Both the position numbers and the translations under genes were made by a program. 36,484 nt of DNA from Trichomonas gallinae (taxonomy: Eukaryota). Below are positions 1 through 9,850 of the stretch, piece after piece (positions within the stretch are counted from its first letter, which is position 1; each line of letters opens with the position of its first letter). The stretch is from NCBI GenBank assembly GCA_008369845.1, contig MRSU01011542.1, forward strand, positions 1-36,484, read 5' to 3'. Below the pieces are notes generated by a model. It was not told where the DNA came from and did no database searches. It saw only the letters and a list, made by a program, of their open reading frames with translations.

Positions 1-913
1 TTACATACATATCAGTAGTATAATCTATATTATAAATTTCGTCCAAATCGCTAGAGAAATGAGAGTCGGAACACCTTTGGCAAATATAATATTTTTTTCA
101 AAAATCATGGAATTGAATTACAGACATGATAAACTTGATCTATACACGAATCTATAAAGATTGATCTGATGAACAACTATAAAAGTTGGATGAGCAAAAA
201 GTTTTCACAGATTTCAAAAAGGATAAAAAAATTAGAAATTGAACACAGCAAGCACTATAATTTAGATGATAGGAGTTTGCTTCAAAAAATCCAAATTCGA
301 ACGATTATTTCAAACTAGGTCAGATATTTTAGATCAAAAATATCATAAGACAAATGATCTCATTTTTCAATAATGTTGGTTAGGAACAAGCAAATCATAT
401 CTTAAAGTCATAAAGAAAGTGATGAGATTTTTGAAAAACGACATTTCTATCATTATGTAAGAGCATTATATCATGTACCATACGCACGTTTATTATCCTA
501 GATTTTAATATTTTCTTAGAACAAATTCAATGTGTTATTTTGAGTGGATTTTATTTTGAAAACATCAACATTTTTTTTCAAATTCAAGGATTTTAATGAA
601 ATATGTATAGCTATGATAATGCAATTTCAAAAGTTTTCAGAAAAATACCAAGCACGTTTTTATTATCAAATTTTTGTTGGATCATTTCTCCTGCAATCAA
701 TGAAATTAACAAAATCATAAAGTTAAATTTTTGAGAATTTTATTCCAATCAAAAATTTCAAAGGTAATCCAAATTTTTGATAACTTTACATCTTTACTTC
801 GGTGAAGAATTTTTGTTGTATCTGCAATATACATTTTTACAAGTGCTATTCTGCAATTAACCAAATTGAGAGTTTTACTTCCCACTCAATTAATTGTGAA
901 GAGTTGAATGAAA

Positions 914-927
914 TCATTTTTTCACTT
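914..927 (+). promoter_or_regulatory. Tandem trichomonad initiator (Inr) elements TCATTTT / TCACTT
   Basis: TCATTTT at 914-920 and TCACTT at 922-927, ending 5 nt before the ATG at 933; matches the TCAYT Inr consensus. Confidence 0.65.
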
Positions 928-932
928 CTGCG

Positions 933-1442
933 ATGTCTACAGTGTACTTCCACATCTCTGGATTCCTCTTCAACAACCGCAAGAACCACATGAATGATCA
1001 AATGTACTATGAGATCATCAACAACCAAAACGGAGCCATCAAACAACAACCATTCAAGGTTTCTCACGCTCTTCAAATCAAGAAGTCATATCATTTGGCA
1101 GTAAAAGACTCCGTCAACTCAACATTCACTATTAAGCTTTACAAGAAGACTCTTCTTCATGATAAGTGTGTTGGCATTCTCAATGTTCCAATCTGCAGCT
1201 TACAGCCAGATGTTGTTACAATGAACAACCTTCAGGTTAACTGCACCTCCAAGAAGGATAAAATCGCGTGCCGCCTCGTTATCCACTTATCAACAGGTGA
1301 AGCTGCTTACAAGGCTCCGCAGGTCAAGCCAAATCTCCCACAGATGGACCTTTACCAGTTCATCTCAAAGCCCAAGGAGAAAAAGCCAAAATACTACACA
1401 GACAACATGGATGCTCCACTTCTTTCTACACGCGCCTATTAA
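933..1442 (+). CDS. Small C2-domain-like protein (169 aa)
   Basis: ATG directly after Inr, with C-ending codon bias. The beta-rich segment FTIKLYKKTLLHDKCVGILNVPICSL resembles the C2 'D..lG...ipl..l' strand pair; no clear Ca-binding Asp set. The CDS is secure, the C2 call moderate. Confidence 0.7.
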   Translation: MSTVYFHISGFLFNNRKNHMNDQMYYEIINNQNGAIKQQPFKVSHALQIKKSYHLAVKDSVNSTFTIKLYKKTLLHDKCVGILNVPICSLQPDVVTMNNLQVNCTSKKDKIACRLVIHLSTGEAAYKAPQVKPNLPQMDLYQFISKPKEKKPKYYTDNMDAPLLSTRAY

Positions 1443-1706
1443 GCAATCTATTTGTTTTATTTGTTTGTCATGTAAATTTTCTATTTGTATTTAATTCTCT
1501 TCATTTTTGATTTTATATCAAGATTACTACAAAAAACTTGAGACATTACTCATAATTGGATATACATAACTATTCGTAAAAGAATTAATATACATTAATC
1601 GAGGAATTTTCGAGAAAAAGTGATTTTTAATTTTAAATTTTTATTACGCTATGTAATCATTCTTACTACTTCATTGAAACGTAACATAAACCTATATTTT
1701 CGTTCT

Positions 1707-2051
1707 CTATCTAGTCATTGATTTTTTTTTTTTTTGGATTTTCTTCGTTTTTTGTTTTTTCATATAGTTTCGACGAATTTTTGATATTTCGTATATTTCT
1801 GCGTACAGATTAGCATCTACTTGAGCAACTAAATATAGCCATAAGGTCAGAATATTGTGTTGTCGGTGAATCTTTAAACTCTGTCGAATAAATAGTGGGA
1901 ATTCCAGCTTTTTCAGATCATCTCGAAACAATGATCAATGGATACATAGGGGAACATGGTCTCTAACGGTGACTTCAGGACGTGTTTTTCTTACATTCTC
2001 ATCCCCTTTTGTCAAATAACAAATATATACTCTTCTCGTATTATTTCTCAT
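1707..2051 (-). pseudogene. Possible interrupted ORF (114 codons, one in-frame TGA)
   Basis: ATG at 2051 reads MRNNTRRVYICYLTKGDENVRKTRPEVTVRDHVPLCIH*S and continues in frame into the listed 1707..1931 ORF. TGA at 1937-1935; Inr-like TCATT just upstream. No recognisable family. Confidence 0.2.
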
Positions 2052-2445
2052 ATTATAACTTTTTAATGAATTTTAACAGAAAGATTAACTTTTTTTTTTC
2101 ATTGTATTTGATTTCGAGAAAAAGTTGGTCAATTTGAGAAAATGCATACTCACCGATGCGTGCAATAGAATCTAAAATGTCAAGATGAATGCATCAAACT
2201 AATGATTTGATATATTTAACAAAGTCTTCGAATCTACTTTTTTGCGCTCACCAAAGTTCATAGTGACCTTACTACTAGAATTATGATTCTTTATACACAA
2301 TTAATTACATTTTTTATATAATCAACAATAATCCATAAGAAAAATTTTGAATAAAATTAAAACTAAAAAATTCAGAAAATTTATGGATAATCCAAGTTTT
2401 GTACTAATATATATAAGAAAATTTACAAACAAACAATCTATAAAG

Positions 2446-3423
2446 TTATATATTCATCGCAGAATCAAAAATGTCGGCTTCGGAATTTCTAATTACCTGT
2501 ATCTTTCTGTAATACCTGAATATAATATATGAGAATATGAAACAAGCGAATGTAAAACATAAAAATTGAGATAAAGTAAATATCCATGGAACACCAATAT
2601 ATTCGAGAAATACTTCGTTATTGGACCATACAACTCTATCCCAACTCAATGAAACTATTGGTTTTGAATTAATTTGAGCAACTGTTTTACATTCAACTTT
2701 GTTTTTCGAAACTAATGTTCCTTGTGTCACATCGTATCCAATCTTGCAATATATGTTGCTCGGTACCTTCCATGTAACCTCGTCGATTATCACTTCTGCG
2801 ACGCTGTCCTTTATCCTTCCAAGAGCCATTTTTATATTTGGAATGTGTAGTGAACAATTTCGAATTCCATCACCAACATATAACTGTGGACAACGACAGA
2901 AGTCTTGTGAAATGCATGTAGCTCCATTTGCGCAAGAAATTGAACATCCCCAACATCCAGTTTTGTAAGGGTCTCCAAAAGGATAATCAGGAGCACATAT
3001 GCACTTTCCTTTGAAAGCTATTGTATTTTTGAGGTCACAAACTATATCTGGATAATTATCATAATCATAAACTAAAAATGACATTGATTCTTGTAATTTT
3101 TGGCCTTGCAGTAGTTGTACATCTTGATTTTTACCGACATAATCTTCCGAAATCCATTTGTTTTTCGAATTCTTTTTCATATTTTCGATCTGCTCTTTCC
3201 AAATCATTTTCTTAACGACAGCTTCCATTTTGTTCTTGTATTTATTTGTTTTTCGTCCTGCAAATGGGAGTTGTCCGAATAATGAGAAAGTTTGAAATTG
3301 ACATTTTGCTTCATCTTTCTCTATCATCACACATTTCTCAAAATACTTGAGACTACCATCATACACGGAGCTGGACGCTGAAGAACCTCTAAATGGAAAA
3401 ATAAAAAAAATTCGAAAAAACAT
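2446..3423 (-). CDS. Single-pass membrane protein with EGF-like repeats (325 aa)
   Basis: Hydrophobic N-terminus; Cys patterns CICAPDYPFGDPYKTGC and CSISCANGATCISQDFCRCPQLYVGDGIRNC (EGF-like); a beta domain with YCKIG...VECKT...VSLSWD (IPT/TIG-like, tentative); C-terminal TM helix followed by RYYRK. Confidence 0.8.
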   Translation of the reverse strand: MFFRIFFIFPFRGSSASSSVYDGSLKYFEKCVMIEKDEAKCQFQTFSLFGQLPFAGRKTNKYKNKMEAVVKKMIWKEQIENMKKNSKNKWISEDYVGKNQDVQLLQGQKLQESMSFLVYDYDNYPDIVCDLKNTIAFKGKCICAPDYPFGDPYKTGCWGCSISCANGATCISQDFCRCPQLYVGDGIRNCSLHIPNIKMALGRIKDSVAEVIIDEVTWKVPSNIYCKIGYDVTQGTLVSKNKVECKTVAQINSKPIVSLSWDRVVWSNNEVFLEYIGVPWIFTLSQFLCFTFACFIFSYIIFRYYRKIQVIRNSEADIFDSAMNI

Positions 3424-3728
3424 TTTAGCTTATAATTATCAATTTATATGGAAAATAGTAATTAATCACTTTTAACTAATATATTTGTGGTCAAAAACGT
3501 CTACAAAAGAAATTTCGCAAATTTTGACAAAGGCAAAATTCTGACATGTAAATTATACAAAATTCTAATGAATATGACATTCCGTCAAATATAAATATAA
3601 CTTGTCTTAATACAACGGGTACTGCATCTATAATATGTATATTCTTATGTCATCATAAAGAAATTGACTTATATAATAGAAAAAAATAGATTTTGATAAG
3701 TTAAAGTTTAGTTTGAGTTAAATTTTGC

Positions 3729-4274
3729 TCAAAAGTGTTCGCGAATTTGTTCGCCAAGCCAGTCAAGGCCTTCGTAGAGGCCATCACCTGTTGTAGCGCA
3801 GCATCCCTGAACTTGCCACGGCCTGTTCGTGATTGTGTTCAATTTGAGCCTGTTTCCAAGTTCTTGCGGTTTAACTGCATTAGGCAAATCCTGCTTATTC
3901 GCGTAAACGAGCAGAATTGTGTTGTGGAGCTCATCTTCCTCGAGGAGCTTGTGGAGGACATCACGGGCTTCGTCAATTCTTCCGAAATCGTTTGAGTCGA
4001 CAACGAAAATCAGTCCGTGAGTGTTGTGGAAGTAATGTCTCCAAAGCGCGCGAATTCTGTCCTGGCCGCCGACATCCCAGATGTTCATGTTGAAACCTTT
4101 GTATTCAACAGTTTCGACATTGAAGCCGATTGTTGGAATCGTTGTGACATGTTCGCCAAGTTTGAGCTTGTATAGGACTGTTGTCTTTCCAGCTGCATCC
4201 AGTCCGAGCATCAATATCCTTGTTTCCCTGTTAGAGAACCACTTCTTGAATGTCTCTGAGAACAATATACCCAT
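3729..4274 (-). CDS. ARF: ADP-ribosylation factor (ARF1-class small GTPase, 181 aa)
   Basis: Start at MGILFS gives Gly2 (myristoylation) and canonical 181-aa length. Motifs [56 protein letters not shown]. The ORF-track extension to 4472 is AT-rich upstream sequence. Confidence 0.97.
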   Translation of the reverse strand: MGILFSETFKKWFSNRETRILMLGLDAAGKTTVLYKLKLGEHVTTIPTIGFNVETVEYKGFNMNIWDVGGQDRIRALWRHYFHNTHGLIFVVDSNDFGRIDEARDVLHKLLEEDELHNTILLVYANKQDLPNAVKPQELGNRLKLNTITNRPWQVQGCCATTGDGLYEGLDWLGEQIREHF

Positions 4275-4287
4275 CTTGCTTTGATGA

Positions 4288-4294
4288 AAAATGA
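4288..4294 (-). promoter_or_regulatory. Inr TCATTTT upstream of ARF
   Basis: Minus-strand TCATTTT ending 13 nt before the ATG at 4274. Confidence 0.6.
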
Positions 4295-4867
4295 TTTTTT
4301 TTTTAGTGTATTCAACAAATATAAGAAACATCACAAAGATAAACATTTGACCAAAATGTTTGCTATTCGTTATTTTAACATGCCAAATATTATATATTTG
4401 ATATATTTTTAAAACACAATAATAATTGATTATGATGTGGAAAAATGTAAACATCCGACCAATGTAAACCATTCAAATTGACGACTTTTTCAATTTAAAA
4501 AAGTTTCAATTTGAAACATTAGAATTACATGCATATTTAGGTCGCTAGCGTGCGTTTTTTTCGACGTAAAATATAAATGAATTTTTCAAAAAAAAAAAAA
4601 TCTATTGGTATTCGAACTGAAAATTTCGAAATCCTTGGTGAAATGATAATGTTATTTTTGGTATTCGAGCTGAAGTAACAATGCTATTCTTTTAAAATAC
4701 AGCATATCCAAACTCGTATTTTTTTGAGTGTTCATATAATGTTAAAAACAATATTTCATTTAGTTAATGAATCTTTCTGTGAGCTTGTATAATTATACAA
4801 CAAAATTTTAAGAAATATGTTCAACATTGAAGGAAAAAAAAAAATACTTATAATATACTTTAAATAT

Positions 4868-6556
4868 TTATTTAGTAAATTCTCGATATGAAGTCTTTGG
4901 AATCTTGTCTGTTCGTCTTGCGAAGCTATAAACTCGTCCAGGAAGGATGTGTTCTATCAATGACTTCATTTTTCGATGGAATTCTGGAGCGATTGTCTCC
5001 TTAACACTTGTTGCTAATCCAATTGAAATCGCTTTTATGATACTTTCGAATTCTTCGATTTTAACATTTGGATCAACTGTAATTTGTGGTTCAATTGTGA
5101 TTCCGATTTTATTGAAAGCAGCCTGAACAACTCTCATTATTTCATCTTCGTTATATTTAATCATTTTATCGTAATAATCTTTAAGTTCGTCAGGAGGAGT
5201 GTTATCTCCGACATCATCGCAGATTGCTTCAATCTCTTCGCAAGGTTTTATCTTTAAAGATTTGTCTATTTTTTGCAAGTTTTTGCAGAAATCTGAAATA
5301 TCAGAACAATATTGAATTGCATTGATATAATGCTGTCTTTGGTTGTAATCATTTGCCTTTTTAAGGAAATGCTCGATAGAATAGTCAACACACTCGATTT
5401 TGTCGTGAATGAATGAATCTATTTCATTGTTGAAAATCATTCCGCTAACTCCTTCAATGGCAGCAGCAGTAGGGCTGAGATAAATAGTAAGATCGATTTG
5501 AACTGTATTTTTGGCAAATTTCTGGTAAATTCTCCTGACATATTCTGAAATTCCAGTTTGTCCAAGGATTTCGAAGCATTTGAACTTCTTGCCTTCGATT
5601 TCTATGCCATTAAAAAGCTCTTCAAGGGATGCATTTGTGTTTTTCTCGAATTCTTTCCATTGAGGATGATCCAAAATCATGGCAGCTGGGACTCTGGTCC
5701 TTGGGAACTCGAAATTCATTGATTCGAAGATTGTGTCGTAATCAGGGTTGACTGATTCTTTGAGACTATTAATTGCATCAATGAATTGTTGATATTTTTG
5801 CTTATTTTCCTTTTTGTCGATCATTTCCAGCGTATTAAGCATGGATTGGTCATCAGCAAGTGTTTCCTTGAGTAAATTGTAAACAACATCGTACAAAATT
5901 TCTGTAAATTTGTTTCCATCGATATTATCCTTTTTAACGAGCTTTACTAGCCTAATATCATCTCTTTTCCTATACTCGGAAATAAATGCGTGGAAAGAGG
6001 TGGCACCAATGTCGATAAATACTCCATAATATGGAAAATCATTTTCTTCAGGGAATTTATCAACAAAACAGTAAGGAATGGAATCATAGCTGTAAACGAA
6101 CTTGAAGTTCATGTTATTCTTTATCGCACATTGCTGAATTGTTGCAATAAATTTCGGATCATTTTCGTAGAACGTGAAAATGTGCGTCATGAATGGAAAA
6201 TCATTATAACTATCTAAAATATTGCGCAAGAAGATGTAAAGGATGTAAACGGAATTAAATTTGTAATCAAATTCGCCAGTTTTGTTTTGGAAATCTAAGA
6301 GGATTTCGCTATTTTTTAGTTGGGAAATGAAATTCCTAGCTGTATTATTTTCGTATGAACATTGAGATCTCTTATTAAACTCAAAACTGCTGTCATTTGG
6401 AGAATAACCATAGGTAACGACAGAAAAAACAGGATAGTGGCGTTTTGTAGATGGAGCGGATATATTGGTTTTAGACCTTACATTATCTACGGCCATCGAC
6501 AGCGTTTGGAAGTTGCCGAGGTTTATGATCAAGGATTCGTTGCCTGAAGTACTCAT
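4868..6556 (-). CDS. Highly divergent Hsp70/Hsp110-like (actin-like ATPase fold) protein (562 aa)
   Basis: IINLGNFQT (phosphate-1-like), VFIDIGATSF (phosphate-2-like), IDGNKFTEILYD (like lGG.dfd..l), INSLKESVN (like ..lKk.LS) and FEILGQTGI (adenosine-like) occur in Hsp70 order. Stop is within TAAA. Confidence 0.65.
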   Translation of the reverse strand: MSTSGNESLIINLGNFQTLSMAVDNVRSKTNISAPSTKRHYPVFSVVTYGYSPNDSSFEFNKRSQCSYENNTARNFISQLKNSEILLDFQNKTGEFDYKFNSVYILYIFLRNILDSYNDFPFMTHIFTFYENDPKFIATIQQCAIKNNMNFKFVYSYDSIPYCFVDKFPEENDFPYYGVFIDIGATSFHAFISEYRKRDDIRLVKLVKKDNIDGNKFTEILYDVVYNLLKETLADDQSMLNTLEMIDKKENKQKYQQFIDAINSLKESVNPDYDTIFESMNFEFPRTRVPAAMILDHPQWKEFEKNTNASLEELFNGIEIEGKKFKCFEILGQTGISEYVRRIYQKFAKNTVQIDLTIYLSPTAAAIEGVSGMIFNNEIDSFIHDKIECVDYSIEHFLKKANDYNQRQHYINAIQYCSDISDFCKNLQKIDKSLKIKPCEEIEAICDDVGDNTPPDELKDYYDKMIKYNEDEIMRVVQAAFNKIGITIEPQITVDPNVKIEEFESIIKAISIGLATSVKETIAPEFHRKMKSLIEHILPGRVYSFARRTDKIPKTSYREFTK

Positions 6557-6560
6557 TTAT

Positions 6561-6568
6561 GGCACTTT
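6561..6568 (-). promoter_or_regulatory. M2-like motif AAAGTGCC
   Basis: One mismatch to the T. vaginalis M2 motif AAAGTGAC, 4 nt before the ATG at 6556. Confidence 0.4.
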
Positions 6569-7086
6569 TGATACGTTGGCAAAATATTATAATTATAGGG
6601 TCTAATAAATTAATGCAGGGGGTAATGTGAGGTTTATTTTATGATATTTTGCATGAGAATCTATTGGAAAAACAAAAATATTTTAGGAAAAATTTATTAT
6701 TGGGCCTTTGTCAACTTGAAAAAACTGATGATGCAATAACAAACTTTTTCCAATGATTTGGTTTGATCTGAATCCAGTTTAAACATTACCAGTGATTTAT
6801 ATAGATGCAGTGGCATTGCCATGAAATATTTTGTTTTTAGTTTATTTTGTTCTTCTAAAATTACCAGTGAAAAATCAGTGTTTTTGACATGTAAAAACAA
6901 GCTGTCAAATTTTTCGTAAACGATCCTAAATTAACATATCAATTTGGAGATTCAACTTCAGATGATAAAAGAGAATTTCCTTGGTTAATCTTTATTTGTT
7001 TTGTCATATAGAGAATCTCATATAAAAAAAATATTTCGAGAATAAACAATTTATAATAAAGAATTTAAACATTTGAGATAAAAATC

Positions 7087-9783
7087 TCAATTCGTGATGT
7101 TAGCTTTGCTCCTTATAGAGTTCTTGAGATCATCGAGTTTCTGAATGTCAGGCAAGAATGCGTAGAATTTCTGCGGCATCTCCACAAGCATTTGCTTTTC
7201 TTCGAGATATTTCATCACATAGTAAGCGTCGATTGCAGCGCCCATTGAAGACATCATGAAAAGTGCGGGATGATACTCGCCAGCACTAGTGAAGCACAGT
7301 GTTGCATTCTCCAATTCACCAGAAACATAGTAGCTGACACCGAGCTTGAATATCGCTTCATTCTTTGTCTGTCCGTTAGGCATTGTCCTGCAGAACCTCT
7401 TTGCGAGCTCCATCTGCCTGCTTTCTAACAATAAATTGAAAGCGAGTTCATTGAAGCCGCCCGCTCTGAATAATATGGCGGCCTCCATGTACCTCTGGTT
7501 GTCGATCATTGACTGCGCGCACGCTTTGATTCTCGCTGCGCTACGATCGCTGAGCTGCACATCACCGAACAGCGTCAAAAGGGCAGATGCGAGTGCAGCC
7601 ATAAGATAGTTCTTGCCGGAGCTTGATCTGATCAAATAATCGGCTGCGTCATCGAATTTGCCGACAAATAAAAATGACGCAAGCTTCTGCATGGTGAATC
7701 CTTCAAGTTCGCAGTCGAGCGAGCTCAAAATCTTGTGGCAGATGGTTTCCACCCTTTGTGCACCTGTGCAGCAGCATAAGCTCTGCAGTCTCAGGATGTC
7801 GCTGTTCGCCAGAATGTTCCAGACATCGTGGCCGACGCATGTCATTGATTTCTTGTTGGCTGGGGACGGCTTTTCGCTGCTAGAAACGAGTCTTTTGATG
7901 ATTTCGGCTTCTGATGGCATCTGTAGTGTCTTCGAGACTTGAGCTAAAGGAGTTAAATCGCTCGCTCTTATAAATCTGACAACACCATCAATGCATTTTG
8001 CCAAAATAAGCTTTGTACTGATGAATTTGAAGTCAAGCATTCTGAAATTGAACTGAGAAACTTTTTCGTTCCTTAATTCGAAGAAAATAGAATTATCTCC
8101 AATCGCGAATAAAACATCATTAACGAAAGTCATGTTTCTTATGCTTGTAAATGATGTCTGTATGTTGATACATGCCCTGGAGGACTTCTTGTAGAATAAA
8201 AGTGAGCCATTATCGAATGCTGTAACATATCCGCAATCAGAAACAGCAAAACCAACTGGAATTGCATTGACACCATGTGGCCTAAGTCCACTTGTTCTAA
8301 CAACGCCATTTTCAAGAGAATATTCGTAGAAATAAATTTCACCACTTTTGAGAAGTGTTACAAAGTTGCCTTGCATGCCATCACTGGCATCATTATCAAT
8401 AGCAATATCTGCTATATCACTCTTGAACAAAACTGTTGATTCTTTTCCGTTAATAAAAACTCCAACAGTAATTGGGCCTCTTTGGACAACAAAAGCGCCA
8501 TTGTGGTTACCGATGCATCTTGTTGGCGCAAATCCACGAGAAGGAAGAGGCAAAACTTGATGGCGCGCGATATCAATAACACCTAGAGCTGATTCTGAAT
8601 GGAAGAAGATTCTTGACTTAGCGATATCAAGGGAAACATATATTATCTTTGTTTGCGAGACCTTGTAACGCTTGAAATCGTCCCATTCGCGAATACTACC
8701 GAATAAAATGTAACCTGATGAAGTTCCGTATGTATACATTTCACCATCGCAGTCAAATGTTGTTATATCAGAAGGATATATTGGGAAAACAACAGTAGTT
8801 CTAAATCTTTGAGCATCGAAAATTTCTAATCCAACATCATGAAGGTAAAGAATGATCATATGTCCGTTTAATGGTGATGACATTGCGGATACTATAGCAT
8901 TTTTGCCCTCACGGCTTTGTCTTTCGTGAACGACGTAAAAATCGTAGTCGTTGTCGGATTTGAGGATAGCAATATTTCCATTCTTGTGGAACGCGATAAT
9001 TATTCTGAAATTGTCGGCGAGTTGGCAAATTGATTCATAAGGAGACGTAATATGGCGACGTGAAGCAATTGGGACGATTGATTGGCTGTCAAGGTGGAAC
9101 ATGTATATTTGGGAGTTAGACACAATGAATGCGATGCCATTTACGTGCATTGACCATTCAACGAAATTAATTGTTTCGTCATCTGCGCCGTTTATCGAGA
9201 CTGTTTCATAGAATGAGACTGGCTTAGTGTTGGGCTTGTCAATTTTGAAGATGGAGAAGACGTTTGTATTTCCGCCAAAAATAATATATTTTTTCGTTTG
9301 TGGATCAATGGAAAAGCGCTGATATTCTCTCGGAAGCATTGCCTCCCATTCTATGTTTGGCGTTTTCTGTGTTGGGTTTCCTTCTTTGGTAATGAAAGAA
9401 AGGCAGAATAATCTTTTGTTTTTATCTAATGCGAGTAGGTACTCATCATGCCACTGAATGCACTGGCAATAAGCACTGTTTCGCTGGAACTTAAACGTTG
9501 ATGTAATTTTGCGCGTAGAATAGTCATAAATATAAATCGAATGACTCATATCAGCGATAGCGATTTCTGTGCAGTTGGGATGCATTGATATGGCTGTAAT
9601 TGGAGCATCTCCGACTTCAACGGAGCAAATTCTGTCGAATTTATTGTTTCCGTCAAATAAAGCGAAATGAATTGAGCAGCCTGATGCGAAAGCAATGACG
9701 TTATTGTTACCCCAGTCAAGTGCATTGCGGTTTTCTCTTACATAGGCTGGCGCAAAACCAGGAATTACTTGATAAATATCCAT
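7087..9783 (-). CDS. WDR11: WDR11-like WD40/alpha-solenoid protein (898 aa)
   Basis: N-terminal NRNALDWGNNNVIAFASGCSI resembles the WDR11 start (N..A.DWG..GLIAYG..S). Beta-propeller-type repeats follow. The helical tail LFVGKFDDAADYLI..NYLMAALASAL..IKACAQSMIDNQRYMEAAIL resembles the WDR11 C-terminus. Recognised from memory. Confidence 0.72.
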   Translation of the reverse strand: MDIYQVIPGFAPAYVRENRNALDWGNNNVIAFASGCSIHFALFDGNNKFDRICSVEVGDAPITAISMHPNCTEIAIADMSHSIYIYDYSTRKITSTFKFQRNSAYCQCIQWHDEYLLALDKNKRLFCLSFITKEGNPTQKTPNIEWEAMLPREYQRFSIDPQTKKYIIFGGNTNVFSIFKIDKPNTKPVSFYETVSINGADDETINFVEWSMHVNGIAFIVSNSQIYMFHLDSQSIVPIASRRHITSPYESICQLADNFRIIIAFHKNGNIAILKSDNDYDFYVVHERQSREGKNAIVSAMSSPLNGHMIILYLHDVGLEIFDAQRFRTTVVFPIYPSDITTFDCDGEMYTYGTSSGYILFGSIREWDDFKRYKVSQTKIIYVSLDIAKSRIFFHSESALGVIDIARHQVLPLPSRGFAPTRCIGNHNGAFVVQRGPITVGVFINGKESTVLFKSDIADIAIDNDASDGMQGNFVTLLKSGEIYFYEYSLENGVVRTSGLRPHGVNAIPVGFAVSDCGYVTAFDNGSLLFYKKSSRACINIQTSFTSIRNMTFVNDVLFAIGDNSIFFELRNEKVSQFNFRMLDFKFISTKLILAKCIDGVVRFIRASDLTPLAQVSKTLQMPSEAEIIKRLVSSSEKPSPANKKSMTCVGHDVWNILANSDILRLQSLCCCTGAQRVETICHKILSSLDCELEGFTMQKLASFLFVGKFDDAADYLIRSSSGKNYLMAALASALLTLFGDVQLSDRSAARIKACAQSMIDNQRYMEAAILFRAGGFNELAFNLLLESRQMELAKRFCRTMPNGQTKNEAIFKLGVSYYVSGELENATLCFTSAGEYHPALFMMSSMGAAIDAYYVMKYLEEKQMLVEMPQKFYAFLPDIQKLDDLKNSIRSKANITN

Positions 9784-9850
9784 GATTTATTTTTTTTTTG
9801 ACAAATGCCAAATTTTGGATTTTTATGTTTTTATCGTTTTATTGCGCAAT

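Noticed and set aside
1..900. Short ORFs (49 aa from ATG 169; 802..993; 846..1076)
   Set aside because: No recognisable motifs, frequent stops in all frames, and non-ATG starts or overlap with the real gene at 933.
4275..4472. N-terminal extension of ARF in the ORF track, and similar TTG-started extensions at 12225, 14696, 17146, 32590 and 35512
   Set aside because: AT-rich, containing promoter motifs (Inr/M2); eukaryotic ATG starts lie downstream, and ARF needs Gly2.
7346..8560. Antisense and alternate-frame ORFs inside WDR11 (likewise inside ARF, the kinase, EamA, BEACH, Myb and ABCF)
   Set aside because: Shadow ORFs from codon bias and locally higher GC; no motifs or promoter signals.
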